From Candidatus Firestoneibacteriota bacterium (GTDB lineage: Bacteria > Oederibacteriota > D2-FULL-39-29 > JBBTED01), in the NCBI GenBank assembly GCA_038042445.1, contig JBBTED010000021.1, forward strand, positions 68,085 through 132,084: a DNA stretch of 64,000 bases, read 5' to 3'. This document shows positions 1 to 9,354 of the stretch, in pieces. The first letter of the stretch is position 1; each line of letters opens with the position of its first letter. Below the pieces are notes generated by a model, which was not told where the DNA came from, did not search any database, and worked only from the letters and a program-made list of their open reading frames with translations. The position numbers and the translations under genes are program-made.

Positions 1-351
1 AGCTCTGCCATAACCTACTATATTCTGTTTTACCTGTATAGGAGTATATTCCTCTACATCTATACCTGAATTTGCAGCAGCAAGCATAATTACTCCTCTT
101 GCACAACTAACACTCATTGCAGTTTTTACATTTTGGCTAAAAAAAAGCTCTTCTATAGCCATTATTTCAGGCTTGTATTTTTTTATGAGTTTTTTAATAT
201 TGTCATAGATTTTTTTTAATCTGAGAGGCAGAGGTAAATCAGGCAAAGTTTTTATAACACCATACTCACAAAGTTTAAATTTATTATTTGTTGATTCTAT
301 TACTCCATATCCGGTAGTAGCAGTTCCAGGGTCTATTCCCAGAATAATCAT
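1..351 (-). CDS. ruvC: Crossover junction endodeoxyribonuclease RuvC (N-terminal 117 codons; gene runs off the window edge)
   Basis: Minus-strand translation from ATG at 351 gives MIILGIDPGTATTGYGVIES...IEELFFSQNVKTAMSVSCARG, typical RuvC. Not in the ORF track because it is truncated at position 1. Confidence 0.8.
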   Translation of the reverse strand, partial: MIILGIDPGTATTGYGVIESTNNKFKLCEYGVIKTLPDLPLPLRLKKIYDNIKKLIKKYKPEIMAIEELFFSQNVKTAMSVSCARGVIMLAAANSGIDVEEYTPIQVKQNIVGYGRA

Positions 352-1106
352 GCAGCAGTTTTTTCTCTCTCCTCAAGTATTTTCTCAGAAATATCAAAAT
401 TGCCGTATACTTGTTGAACATCATCATTTGCTTCTAAAGTATCTATTAAATTTAAAAGTTGATTAGCATCTTTACCTTCAACTGTTACATAGTTTTTTGG
501 AATCATTGTAATTTCAGATGTAGACATTTCAATCTTCTTTTCCTGTAATACTACTTTAACTTTGTCAAAATCTTCAGGTAAAGTTATTATTTCGTAAGAA
601 TCTTCCTCAATTTTCATATCTTCAGCACCTGCATCTAATACTATTGTCATCAATTCATCTTCAGCAATTTTATTCTTATCAACTGTTATATAACCTTTTC
701 TCTCAAACATCCAGGAAACACAACCGGATTCACCCATATTACCACCATTTTTTGAAAACATAGAACGAATTTCTGAAGCAGTTCTATTTTTATTATCAGT
801 TAAAGAATCAACCATAATTGCAATACCACCAGGACCATAGCCTTCATACCTGATTTCTTCATAATTTACTCCTTCAAGTTCTCCTGTCCCTTTTTGAATA
901 GCTCGCTTAATATTATCAGCAGGCATATTTACTTCTTTAGCTTTAGTTATTACCACCCGTAATCTGGCATTAGAATCTGGACTTCCTCCACCATTTTTTG
1001 CAGCAACAATTAATTCACGAACAAGTTTTGTAAAAATCCTACCTCTTTGTGAATCTATTAACCCTTTTTTCCTCTTAATAGTTGACCACTTTGAATGCCC
1101 CGACAT
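348..1106 (-). CDS. yebC: YebC/PmpR family DNA-binding transcriptional regulator
   Basis: 252 aa starting MSGHSKWSTIKRKKG...IRYEGYGPGG, diagnostic of the YebC family. Conserved yebC-ruvC arrangement; the stop overlaps the ruvC start. Confidence 0.9.
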   Translation of the reverse strand: MSGHSKWSTIKRKKGLIDSQRGRIFTKLVRELIVAAKNGGGSPDSNARLRVVITKAKEVNMPADNIKRAIQKGTGELEGVNYEEIRYEGYGPGGIAIMVDSLTDNKNRTASEIRSMFSKNGGNMGESGCVSWMFERKGYITVDKNKIAEDELMTIVLDAGAEDMKIEEDSYEIITLPEDFDKVKVVLQEKKIEMSTSEITMIPKNYVTVEGKDANQLLNLIDTLEANDDVQQVYGNFDISEKILEEREKTAA

Positions 1107-1175
1107 TTTTTTGCCTCCTCATAATCTTTATTTATGACTTCATACTATTTTTAGTTTGCTTCCCATCTGTAAATT

Positions 1176-1376
1176 TTAATGTCTACTCCTTCTCATTTCT
1201 TCCAAATCACCTTTCCAACAATTAACACCTTTTAGACTTATAATATCTTTTCTGTTTTTCCGTTTAACTAACTCTTCTAACGCAAAATTTATTAATTTCT
1301 TTTTGGTATTAAAACCTGTAATATTTAGTCCAATTTTTAATAATCTATCATCAATAACAATGTTAGTTATTCCCAT
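1176..1376 (-). CDS. VapB-like (DUF2191-type) type II antitoxin; no toxin gene adjacent
   Basis: 66 aa MGITNIVIDDRLLKIGLNITGFNTKKKLINFALEELVKRKNRKDIISLKG matches the VapB/DUF2191 antitoxin pattern. No PIN-domain or other toxin ORF between 1107 and 1175 or upstream. Confidence 0.55.
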   Translation of the reverse strand: MGITNIVIDDRLLKIGLNITGFNTKKKLINFALEELVKRKNRKDIISLKGVNCWKGDLEEMRRSRH

Positions 1377-1479
1377 ACATTTACCTCCTTTAACACATTA
1401 CACCAATTATTAACTTCTTTGTGTATTTTGTCAATTATTTTTTGTGTTTTTTGCCAATAAAATTATAAGAATTACAACA

Positions 1480-2244
<765 letters not shown>

Positions 2245-2427
2245 TGTCTAAAAATTTCACCTTAATTATCGCTTACGTACAACTATATTTCTGCGATTAT
2301 ATCCGTTTTACAATATTAACATAGACAATAAATATAAGTCATAATAAATTATTTACAAATATCAAGCATTACAATTATTTGCGAACATCCCCAGCTATTT
2401 GTGTTAACTTATGGTTCGCAAAATGCA
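2245..2427 (-). promoter_or_regulatory. CRISPR leader (AT-rich) between cas2 and the first repeat
   Basis: 183-nt AT-rich tract between the cas2 stop (2428) and the cas2-proximal repeat (ends 2244). Position and composition are typical of a leader. Confidence 0.6.
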
Positions 2428-2718
2428 TTAAATTATTAACGGCCCTTCTAAATCCACTATTTCTTTTGCTCCTATATGCTCTACCCTTCTTTTCCAATTT
2501 GAACCTAAAAAATAAAAACGAAGGCTGTCTTTCTTATCGTCAATTTCATCAATTAGTTTTTGCCGTAATACTGTCCATTGAGTAGGGTCAACGTTACATT
2601 CAAAAACTGAATACTGAACACGTTGCCCATAATTCAAACAAGTTTTAGCAACTCGACGTAAACGTTTCTGTCCGCCAACATCAGACGTCATAACATCATA
2701 ACTTACAATAACAAGCAT
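2428..2718 (-). CDS. cas2: CRISPR-associated endoribonuclease Cas2
   Basis: 96 aa MLVIVSYDV...RVQYSVFEC, Cas2 fold signature, directly downstream of cas1. Confidence 0.93.
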   Translation of the reverse strand: MLVIVSYDVMTSDVGGQKRLRRVAKTCLNYGQRVQYSVFECNVDPTQWTVLRQKLIDEIDDKKDSLRFYFLGSNWKRRVEHIGAKEIVDLEGPLII

Positions 2719-2730
2719 AATGTATACTCC

Positions 2731-3762
2731 TTATTTCCATATAAATACAGGATACCCATCTAAATCACCACGTAAAAATCGTGACAACAATAATGCCTGA
2801 ATATAAAACAATAAACCTACTGGAACCGTTTCTTTTATAAAGGGATGCATTATTTCCTCTTGTTTCCGTTTTTGATAAGCAACTAAAACGGTTTTACGAG
2901 TATCATCATCCATTAACACAGCCCCAGATTCTGATTTTTTGAATCCCTTCTTTTGAATTTGTTCACGATTAATCAAAGATAAAACTAAACGGTCAGCTAT
3001 AAATGGCCTAAATTCTTCCATTATGTCTAACGCTAATCCCGGACGTCCTGATCTATCTCTATGCATAAAACCAACATATGAATCTAAACCAACAGATTCT
3101 AATGCAGAACGTATATCATGCATTAAAAGTGTGTATAAAAAAGACAATAAACAGTTTACTTCATCTAATGGCGGTCGTCGATTTCTTTCTTCAAATTTAA
3201 AATCGTTTTTTTGGGCTACAATTAAATGGTCAAAAACATTAAAATACTTATGTGCAGCGTCTCCTTCAATTCCACGGAGGGTATCCAAATCTATTTTTCC
3301 TTCGAGCTGTCTCAAAGAAGATTTCAGAGATACAGATACGAAATTAATTTGATCTGAATTAATTTTATCGCTATGATCACGAAGTGCTCTTTCCAAAACA
3401 ACCCGGCTATTTGAAATTTTCCCGATTAAAATAGCTCTTGCTATCTCTGCAGAAAAATCCATATTATCCGCCTTGCGATAATGCTCACGTCTAAGTAAAA
3501 CATTCCCTGATGTTTTACCATGAACACGAGCTAAGAAATGTCCGTATTCTGTAAGAAAACTTATCGTTACATTATTTTCAGCACAAAAACCAAGTAAGAA
3601 AGGACTACACAGAACATTACCAAAACACACAATCCCGCCAAGTGTATGAACAGGAACCTGAAGCTTAACTTCTTTTTCAACTGAAACAACAACAGTCTCA
3701 CCTTCTTTGGAAAGATATGCACCCTGTGTTGTTATAAATAATGTGTTGAGATATTTTTTCAT
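2731..3762 (-). CDS. cas1: CRISPR-associated integrase Cas1 (type I-C)
   Basis: 343 aa with conserved Cas1 features (...GIEGDAAHKYF...; acidic/His active-site region); sits in the cas4-cas1-cas2 adaptation module. Confidence 0.93.
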   Translation of the reverse strand: MKKYLNTLFITTQGAYLSKEGETVVVSVEKEVKLQVPVHTLGGIVCFGNVLCSPFLLGFCAENNVTISFLTEYGHFLARVHGKTSGNVLLRREHYRKADNMDFSAEIARAILIGKISNSRVVLERALRDHSDKINSDQINFVSVSLKSSLRQLEGKIDLDTLRGIEGDAAHKYFNVFDHLIVAQKNDFKFEERNRRPPLDEVNCLLSFLYTLLMHDIRSALESVGLDSYVGFMHRDRSGRPGLALDIMEEFRPFIADRLVLSLINREQIQKKGFKKSESGAVLMDDDTRKTVLVAYQKRKQEEIMHPFIKETVPVGLLFYIQALLLSRFLRGDLDGYPVFIWK

Positions 3763-3913
3763 TTAGATTTCTCAAATTTATTCACACCTTCTATTTGCCT
3801 AAAGGACATTTTTAATTTGGCAGACAGTGTCTGCGAAATCTCTTTAGAAGATAAAGCTTTGCTCCCCTGTGTTTTTATAATAACAATTCTCCTCATTTAA
3901 TCCCCTACTAAAC

Positions 3914-4555
3914 CTATCCACCTTCAGAATTTTCAATTATTCCCTTAAGATAGTTACCCACCATTGTTCTTTTTCCACATACTTTTGGAAGACATATATT
4001 AACAAGTGAACATGAATCGCATTTGGAAGCATATAACGGTTTTGGAGTTTTGCCTTCTTTAATAAATTCATGCAAACGTAACGCTGTATCCTTTGTTTTC
4101 TGACGTAACAATTCATTAAATTCTATATCCAATCGATGTTTGGTTTTACCATAAAAAATTGCTCCAGACGGTATTTTTACATTCAGCATTTCCTCAAGAC
4201 ACAATGCTTGAGCACAAAGCTGAACTTTATCACAATCATCAGATTTAGGTTTTCCTCTTTTATATTCTATAGGAAATGGTATCCATCGTCCTTTTTCATC
4301 TTTTTGGAATTCCACAACATCTGCTTTCCCATTTAATCCAAACTCATTAGAACGCAGTGGAATACCTTGTTCAATTTTTACAGCTTTCCTTATCGCAATA
4401 TGCTCCTCATGAACCATATCATGCATAATCCTGCCTTCAGCTGTAAATAGATTTTCACCCCAAAGTTGCTCAATATGAATTAAAGCGCACTGCCTCCGGC
4501 AGAACACAAAATGCTGAAGCGCTGATAGTTGTAAAAAATCTTCTTCTTTAAACAT
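3914..4555 (-). CDS. cas4: CRISPR-associated exonuclease Cas4 (RecB-like nuclease, 4-Cys C-terminus)
   Basis: Start refined to ATG 4555, which overlaps the cas7 TAA. The track ORF extends to 4672, overlapping cas7. N-terminus [30 protein letters not shown] is the typical Cas4 start. C-terminal cysteines CDSC...C...C fit the Fe-S cluster. Confidence 0.88.
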   Translation of the reverse strand: MFKEEDFLQLSALQHFVFCRRQCALIHIEQLWGENLFTAEGRIMHDMVHEEHIAIRKAVKIEQGIPLRSNEFGLNGKADVVEFQKDEKGRWIPFPIEYKRGKPKSDDCDKVQLCAQALCLEEMLNVKIPSGAIFYGKTKHRLDIEFNELLRQKTKDTALRLHEFIKEGKTPKPLYASKCDSCSLVNICLPKVCGKRTMVGNYLKGIIENSEGG

Positions 4556-5657
4556 TAACAATTTTAAAATTTTCATCGAGCTTTTTGCCATCAAGCTGAA
4601 CCTCATAATCAGAAAATTGGCGCGCTGGACCCTTTGTAGTTCGCTTACAATCAACTCTTCCAAATAACTCATTTGCAGGTTTATTTCCTAAAGCCGTATT
4701 ATGTTCAAATACAATAATATTACGAGTAGACATAAGCCCCCTCGCGGCTGAATGATCATGTTCAAACATTTCTTTTAATGCTTTCCAAAAAAGATCAAGA
4801 TCATCTTTAGAAAAACCTGTTTGCGCAGCCAGATGAGCGGAAATAAACCCGTGAGAACGATAGATACCATAGGGAATGGTAAACTTGCGCCCCATAGTAC
4901 GATTATCACCACTCTGCTTTTCGGCTTCGGCCTCTGTAGCTACTGCCATACGAGTAATACTATGTTCAAGAGCAACAACCGGCTCTACAGAACGCGCAAA
5001 AGTAAATTGAATGGGTCCGCGTACTTGCCCACAATTTGGTGCAGACTTCAATGACATAACTGCCCCAAATGTTCGCACGTCAAAGAAATTTTTGCACATC
5101 CAATCGCGTCCTTTTTCTACTTCATCCCCTTTAGGTTTCCTTGATTTGGCATCCTTCATTATTTTATTAATAAAATCTTTGATTTCTTTTGATGGCTTCG
5201 ACTCTTTGATATAAGTTTTTACCGCAGTCTTATCAACATCTGCGGCAACAACAAGATATTTTTTTCCAGTATCATCTTCGTCTATTATTAAACCTTCCGG
5301 TAAACTCCATTCTTCAAGTAAATCCACTAATTTTGAATCTGATATTTCTGCACGCGATTCTTGCCCCAAGGCAATCTTCAAATCATTAAATGCGGTAACA
5401 TGCGCCCTGCCAAGAACTGCTTTTTCTTTAATATAAATATCATAACCATTTTCTGGAATACCATCTTTAAATTTTGTTAATTGCACATAATTTCTTACTT
5501 TACGTTTTAAACATACATCAGTAACCAATCCCATACCAGTTTCCGCGTCAACACGCGGTAAATTTCCGGCATCTGGATCACCATTTGGATTTCCATCCTG
5601 AACATCAAAAAACAGAACAAAATCATAACGCTTATCAATCTTTTTATTGTCTTCCAT
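4548..5657 (-). CDS. cas7: Type I-C Cascade backbone protein Cas7c (Csd2)
   Basis: 369 aa [37 protein letters not shown], the hallmark Csd2/Cas7 N-terminus. Confidence 0.93.
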   Translation of the reverse strand: MEDNKKIDKRYDFVLFFDVQDGNPNGDPDAGNLPRVDAETGMGLVTDVCLKRKVRNYVQLTKFKDGIPENGYDIYIKEKAVLGRAHVTAFNDLKIALGQESRAEISDSKLVDLLEEWSLPEGLIIDEDDTGKKYLVVAADVDKTAVKTYIKESKPSKEIKDFINKIMKDAKSRKPKGDEVEKGRDWMCKNFFDVRTFGAVMSLKSAPNCGQVRGPIQFTFARSVEPVVALEHSITRMAVATEAEAEKQSGDNRTMGRKFTIPYGIYRSHGFISAHLAAQTGFSKDDLDLFWKALKEMFEHDHSAARGLMSTRNIIVFEHNTALGNKPANELFGRVDCKRTTKGPARQFSDYEVQLDGKKLDENFKIVNV

Positions 5658-5683
5658 AAAATTTCTCCTTTTTTAAAGTTAAA

Positions 5684-7408
5684 TTATTGTTTATCTTTTT
5701 TTGTAAAATAATCCTGCCGCTCGTGATAATAACCCACAGCAAAACGAGCCTGTTCATCAAGCGTTAGATGCGACGGCAAATCATCCTTCAGGGCATCAAA
5801 AATTTCTCCGATTTCTTTTTCAAAATTCACTTTACGTCCAGGATTAAGTTTTGCCAGATGATGATTTTTCAGCTTAAGCAGTTGCGGAAAAACAGTTATA
5901 GGCGTCGCCGACACCGCGCCATAAAATCTATCGCGGATGGTCGCGTTAATCTTCGGGTTGGCTTCCTCCTGAATTTTTTCAAGCACAGCAAACAACCGCC
6001 CCAATCGATATGCCGTGTTTATGTTACTTCTGTCTAATGACATAAGCACCTCCTTTTCTGGTTTTTTATAAAATTTATTAAATCTGTTAATATAAGCTTT
6101 AAGAATCGCCGCGCGAACCCTTGTAACTTGTTGTTCAGCCCGAATACGACGGATACACTGCTGAAGCAATGTTTGCGGATACGGCGTTCCTTCAAGTATG
6201 CTGACAACAACCTGGCCAGCAAGATTTGGCGGGACATTATCCATTTTATAATCAAACGCTGTCGCGCTTAAAATTTTGAGTAACGGCATATATCTCTGAT
6301 ACTCTGGTTCATTATGCTCTAATTTCATCTCAAAATCTTCAAAATGTTGTTTTATTTTTTCTGCAAAATCGCGGATAGCACCGGTTTTCCAAAAACGCAC
6401 AGAAATACGCGCTGAGTTTGGCGCAAGCCCCAGAACATAAAAGCGATTGCCTTCGTCAAGAGGCAGTTTGCCGGAATGTAATGCCTCATATAAATTCTTA
6501 ACAGCCTTAACGCCTTTCTCAGGATCAGCTTTATCTGTTTTAAAATACCATCGGAAGTCAGCCTCAAAATCATATTTTTCAGATTGTTTTTGAGACCAGA
6601 AAAGCACTGTAGTGTCTGCAATTGATATTTTATTTTGTGAATCTTTTCCAAGTAACATATTTAAAGCAGTACTATAAGCAAATGCAACTTTTTCACTAAC
6701 AGGAGAATTATAACTTTGCTTCTTACCATAGGAATTAAACGCAGGAAGATTAAAAGAAACAATAGAAGCACCTTGAGTATTTGTTCCACGCACACCTTTT
6801 ATTGAAGAATGTAACCGTGCGATATTTGATATTTCCCCTGTCACACTGCAAATACTCTTTTGAACATTTTCATCAATGGAAAATTCTTTTTTTTCTTTTG
6901 GTAAAACATCGCAAATTGTTTGGAAATCGCTTCCTTCTATTTTAAAACTAACAAATGGATTAGATTCCAACATCTCTTTCCATGATTCACTTGAGCTATT
7001 TGATTTTTTTATCTGATCACTAGGTTGAGAATCAAGAAACTTAACAATAGCTTTAATATCACAATGATTAATTTTTGCATTTAAAATACGTTTTTTAAAA
7101 GCATCAAATCTTTCATGAACATCCTTACGATTTCTTGGATTGGCTCCCAATGCATACTCAATATTATCCCATAGTAAAAATGGTTTAATACCCGTTGTTC
7201 TTTTCTCTCCTTGCGGTACAAGAAATACATTTGCACGTTTCTTATTACCGTTTATTTGACGAGTGTCATTAATCCTTAAAAATTTACCCTCTTTATCAAT
7301 TACAACAAGAAATGGGATTTCTTTCCATTCCCAACCTTCAGGCGCTATTTTGCCTTCAGTATTAGCCGCTTTTCTTTGATAATATTCATACAATGCCTGT
7401 AAAATCAT
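5684..7408 (-). CDS. cas8c: Type I-C large subunit Cas8c (Csd1)
   Basis: 574 aa starting MILQALYEYYQRK, as in Csd1 family members. Its size and its position between cas5 and cas7 match I-C. Confidence 0.88.
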   Translation of the reverse strand: MILQALYEYYQRKAANTEGKIAPEGWEWKEIPFLVVIDKEGKFLRINDTRQINGNKKRANVFLVPQGEKRTTGIKPFLLWDNIEYALGANPRNRKDVHERFDAFKKRILNAKINHCDIKAIVKFLDSQPSDQIKKSNSSSESWKEMLESNPFVSFKIEGSDFQTICDVLPKEKKEFSIDENVQKSICSVTGEISNIARLHSSIKGVRGTNTQGASIVSFNLPAFNSYGKKQSYNSPVSEKVAFAYSTALNMLLGKDSQNKISIADTTVLFWSQKQSEKYDFEADFRWYFKTDKADPEKGVKAVKNLYEALHSGKLPLDEGNRFYVLGLAPNSARISVRFWKTGAIRDFAEKIKQHFEDFEMKLEHNEPEYQRYMPLLKILSATAFDYKMDNVPPNLAGQVVVSILEGTPYPQTLLQQCIRRIRAEQQVTRVRAAILKAYINRFNKFYKKPEKEVLMSLDRSNINTAYRLGRLFAVLEKIQEEANPKINATIRDRFYGAVSATPITVFPQLLKLKNHHLAKLNPGRKVNFEKEIGEIFDALKDDLPSHLTLDEQARFAVGYYHERQDYFTKKDKQ

Positions 7409-8595
7409 CGCCGCACCTCCTTATCCGTCTGGGGTTTTGGAATGGGTTGGTTCTGTTCCCAATAAGCGCGGTCGTTTTCAATTAAATGCTGGATTTCTTC
7501 AGGTTTGGGAAGCACAACCATATAGCGCGATACAAAAAGCTGATGATCCAAACCGCCGACTGCGTATTCAACTTTTGTCTGATCCTTATCCGTACACAGG
7601 ATTAATCCAATTGGCGGATTATCCCCTTCGGTCATCATTTGATCTTTCCAGTAATTAAGATAAAAATTCATCTGGCCGGCGTCGCCGTGCTGAAATCTTC
7701 TGATCTTCAGATCAATAAGCAGATGACAGCGAAGAATACGATGGTAAAAAACAAGGTCTATATAATCATTTTCATTACCAACTGTAATTCTCTTCTGCCG
7801 GGCTTCAAAACAAAATCCATTTCCCAGTTCAAGCAAAAATGATTGTAAGTGATTAAGAAGAGCATCTTCAAGCGTTGATTCATGATACTGTGATTTTTCC
7901 GCTAATCCGGTAAATTCCAGAACATACGGGTCGCGAATAATGTCTGCGATTGTCTGAGGCATTTCAATTGCCTGTTTTCTACCCGCTTCAATCACAGCTT
8001 TTTTATCTGTCGACAACCCCGTTCTTTCATAAAGAAGCGAACCAATTTGCCGCTGAAGCTGACGTTTGGACCAATTACCTTTTAAGCATTCATTTTCATA
8101 AAACGCGCGCTTCCATGGATCGTCAATAGATATCAGTTCTACAAAATGAGTCCATGATAAATTTATAAGAAATTTAACCGCAAGAGGTTTTGGTAATTTT
8201 AATTTTCCTGTGTCTAATTTGCTCACCGCTGGCGGGCATTTTGAAAACATATTTATATTTTTTGGCAAAACAAATAAGTTCACCGCTGGTGAGCATATTT
8301 GTTCAGCAATCTGCGGATACATCTGATAAAAAAGACGCATTCGTTGAAGCATCTGCCGGCTGCATCCGGCTATGTTCCGCTTTTGTAAATCAACGGATAA
8401 GCGTGACAACAAGCTCTCCCCATACTCAGCCCGGTCTTTACCTTTTTGTTCATACTCAATGATATATGCTCCAATAAGCCAGTTACGTAAAATAAGAAAG
8501 CGATTTACCGTTCCAGCCGCACCAGATTGAGCCTGCTTATGGACTTTGCTGATGGTATCTATCAATGCGGAATAATTCAATTTTTCAGATTTCAT
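7405..8595 (-). CDS. YhcG/DUF1016 family PD-(D/E)XK nuclease embedded in the cas operon
   Basis: About 396 aa. The N-terminal domain (RNWLIGAYIIEYEQKGKDRAEYGESLLSRLSVDLQ...RLFYQMYP) and middle domain (SWTHFVELISIDDPWKRAFYENECLKGNWSKRQLQRQI) match DUF1016_N. The C-terminal NDYIDLVFYHRILRCHLLIDLKIRRFQHGDAGQMNFYLNYW matches the YhcG nuclease core (DLLFYHR...IELK...GQ.NFYL). Start ATG 8595-8593 overlaps the cas5 TGA as ATGA. Stop TGA 7407-7405 overlaps the cas8c ATG as ATGA. Confidence 0.75.
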   Translation of the reverse strand: MKSEKLNYSALIDTISKVHKQAQSGAAGTVNRFLILRNWLIGAYIIEYEQKGKDRAEYGESLLSRLSVDLQKRNIAGCSRQMLQRMRLFYQMYPQIAEQICSPAVNLFVLPKNINMFSKCPPAVSKLDTGKLKLPKPLAVKFLINLSWTHFVELISIDDPWKRAFYENECLKGNWSKRQLQRQIGSLLYERTGLSTDKKAVIEAGRKQAIEMPQTIADIIRDPYVLEFTGLAEKSQYHESTLEDALLNHLQSFLLELGNGFCFEARQKRITVGNENDYIDLVFYHRILRCHLLIDLKIRRFQHGDAGQMNFYLNYWKDQMMTEGDNPPIGLILCTDKDQTKVEYAVGGLDHQLFVSRYMVVLPKPEEIQHLIENDRAYWEQNQPIPKPQTDKEVRR

Positions 8596-9344
8596 TTCCG
8601 CACCTCCTCGCTGTCCCATAAAGGAATAACTATTACACCATTATCTATCTTTGCCCGAAAAAATGCCGGCATTGGATTATTGATGTCTGTAAAATCCATG
8701 TCGTAAAGCATAAAACCGAGTTCTCTTGTTTCATCAATAGGCTTTTTTTCTTTTTTCGGTTCTTCAATCAGCCTGAACATACACGAAAATTCGCGGCAAC
8801 CCAAATAAGGACGATTGAAACATTGCCCTTTTCGCGCGCGGCGTTCAAACATCGCGTTATATTTTCCCGGATTTTCGTCTTTTGGATCCCCTTCAAACTC
8901 AGTTTTTTCTTCTTTATCAATCAAATACTCTGGAACAGGACTATAAGTTTTACTTCTTTTACCTAACGGTATAAATACAAGTTCCGCGTGTATTCGATAT
9001 TTAACATCCCTCAAAAAAAGCCCCGCGCGTTGTTGACGAACATCTTCGATGAAAAGTCCATCTGTTCGGTCGCTCATTACCGCGCCAACCTCATTGCGTC
9101 TTACAGATATCCATTTAATTGGATTTAACACTTCAATCTTTTTAACCTGCCATCTGATTGCCGGCTTCCAGAAAATCGCTTCAAAAATCGCCCGGCTGGC
9201 AGATGGCGTGATAACATCATAACTCACGCGTTCAACCTTCATCTCAGGCCGGGTAAAACAGGCGTAATCGCCCCAGACTTCAAGGCAAAAAGTTTTGTTA
9301 AAAAATGTAGACATATTTTCAATATCCTCCTTTCTAATAACCAT
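8592..9344 (-). CDS. cas5: Type I-C Cas5c (Cas5d) pre-crRNA processing subunit
   Basis: FCLEVWGDYACFTRPEMKVERVSYDVITPSA is the classic Cas5d N-terminal motif. An alternative start at M (9314) is possible. Confidence 0.9.
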   Translation of the reverse strand: MVIRKEDIENMSTFFNKTFCLEVWGDYACFTRPEMKVERVSYDVITPSASRAIFEAIFWKPAIRWQVKKIEVLNPIKWISVRRNEVGAVMSDRTDGLFIEDVRQQRAGLFLRDVKYRIHAELVFIPLGKRSKTYSPVPEYLIDKEEKTEFEGDPKDENPGKYNAMFERRARKGQCFNRPYLGCREFSCMFRLIEEPKKEKKPIDETRELGFMLYDMDFTDINNPMPAFFRAKIDNGVIVIPLWDSEEVRK

Positions 9345-9354
9345 ATTTTAGTAG

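Noticed and set aside
2379-2585. 68-aa plus-strand ORF spanning the CRISPR leader and the 3-prime end of cas2
   Set aside because: It is antisense to cas2 and lies in leader DNA. It is low-complexity, hydrophobic and AT-driven, with no RBS or homology.
6034-6651. Two small minus-strand ORFs (73 and 99 aa) inside cas8c in other frames
   Set aside because: They are embedded within the strongly supported cas8c frame. I-C Cas11c is produced from an internal in-frame start of cas8c, not from an out-of-frame ORF.
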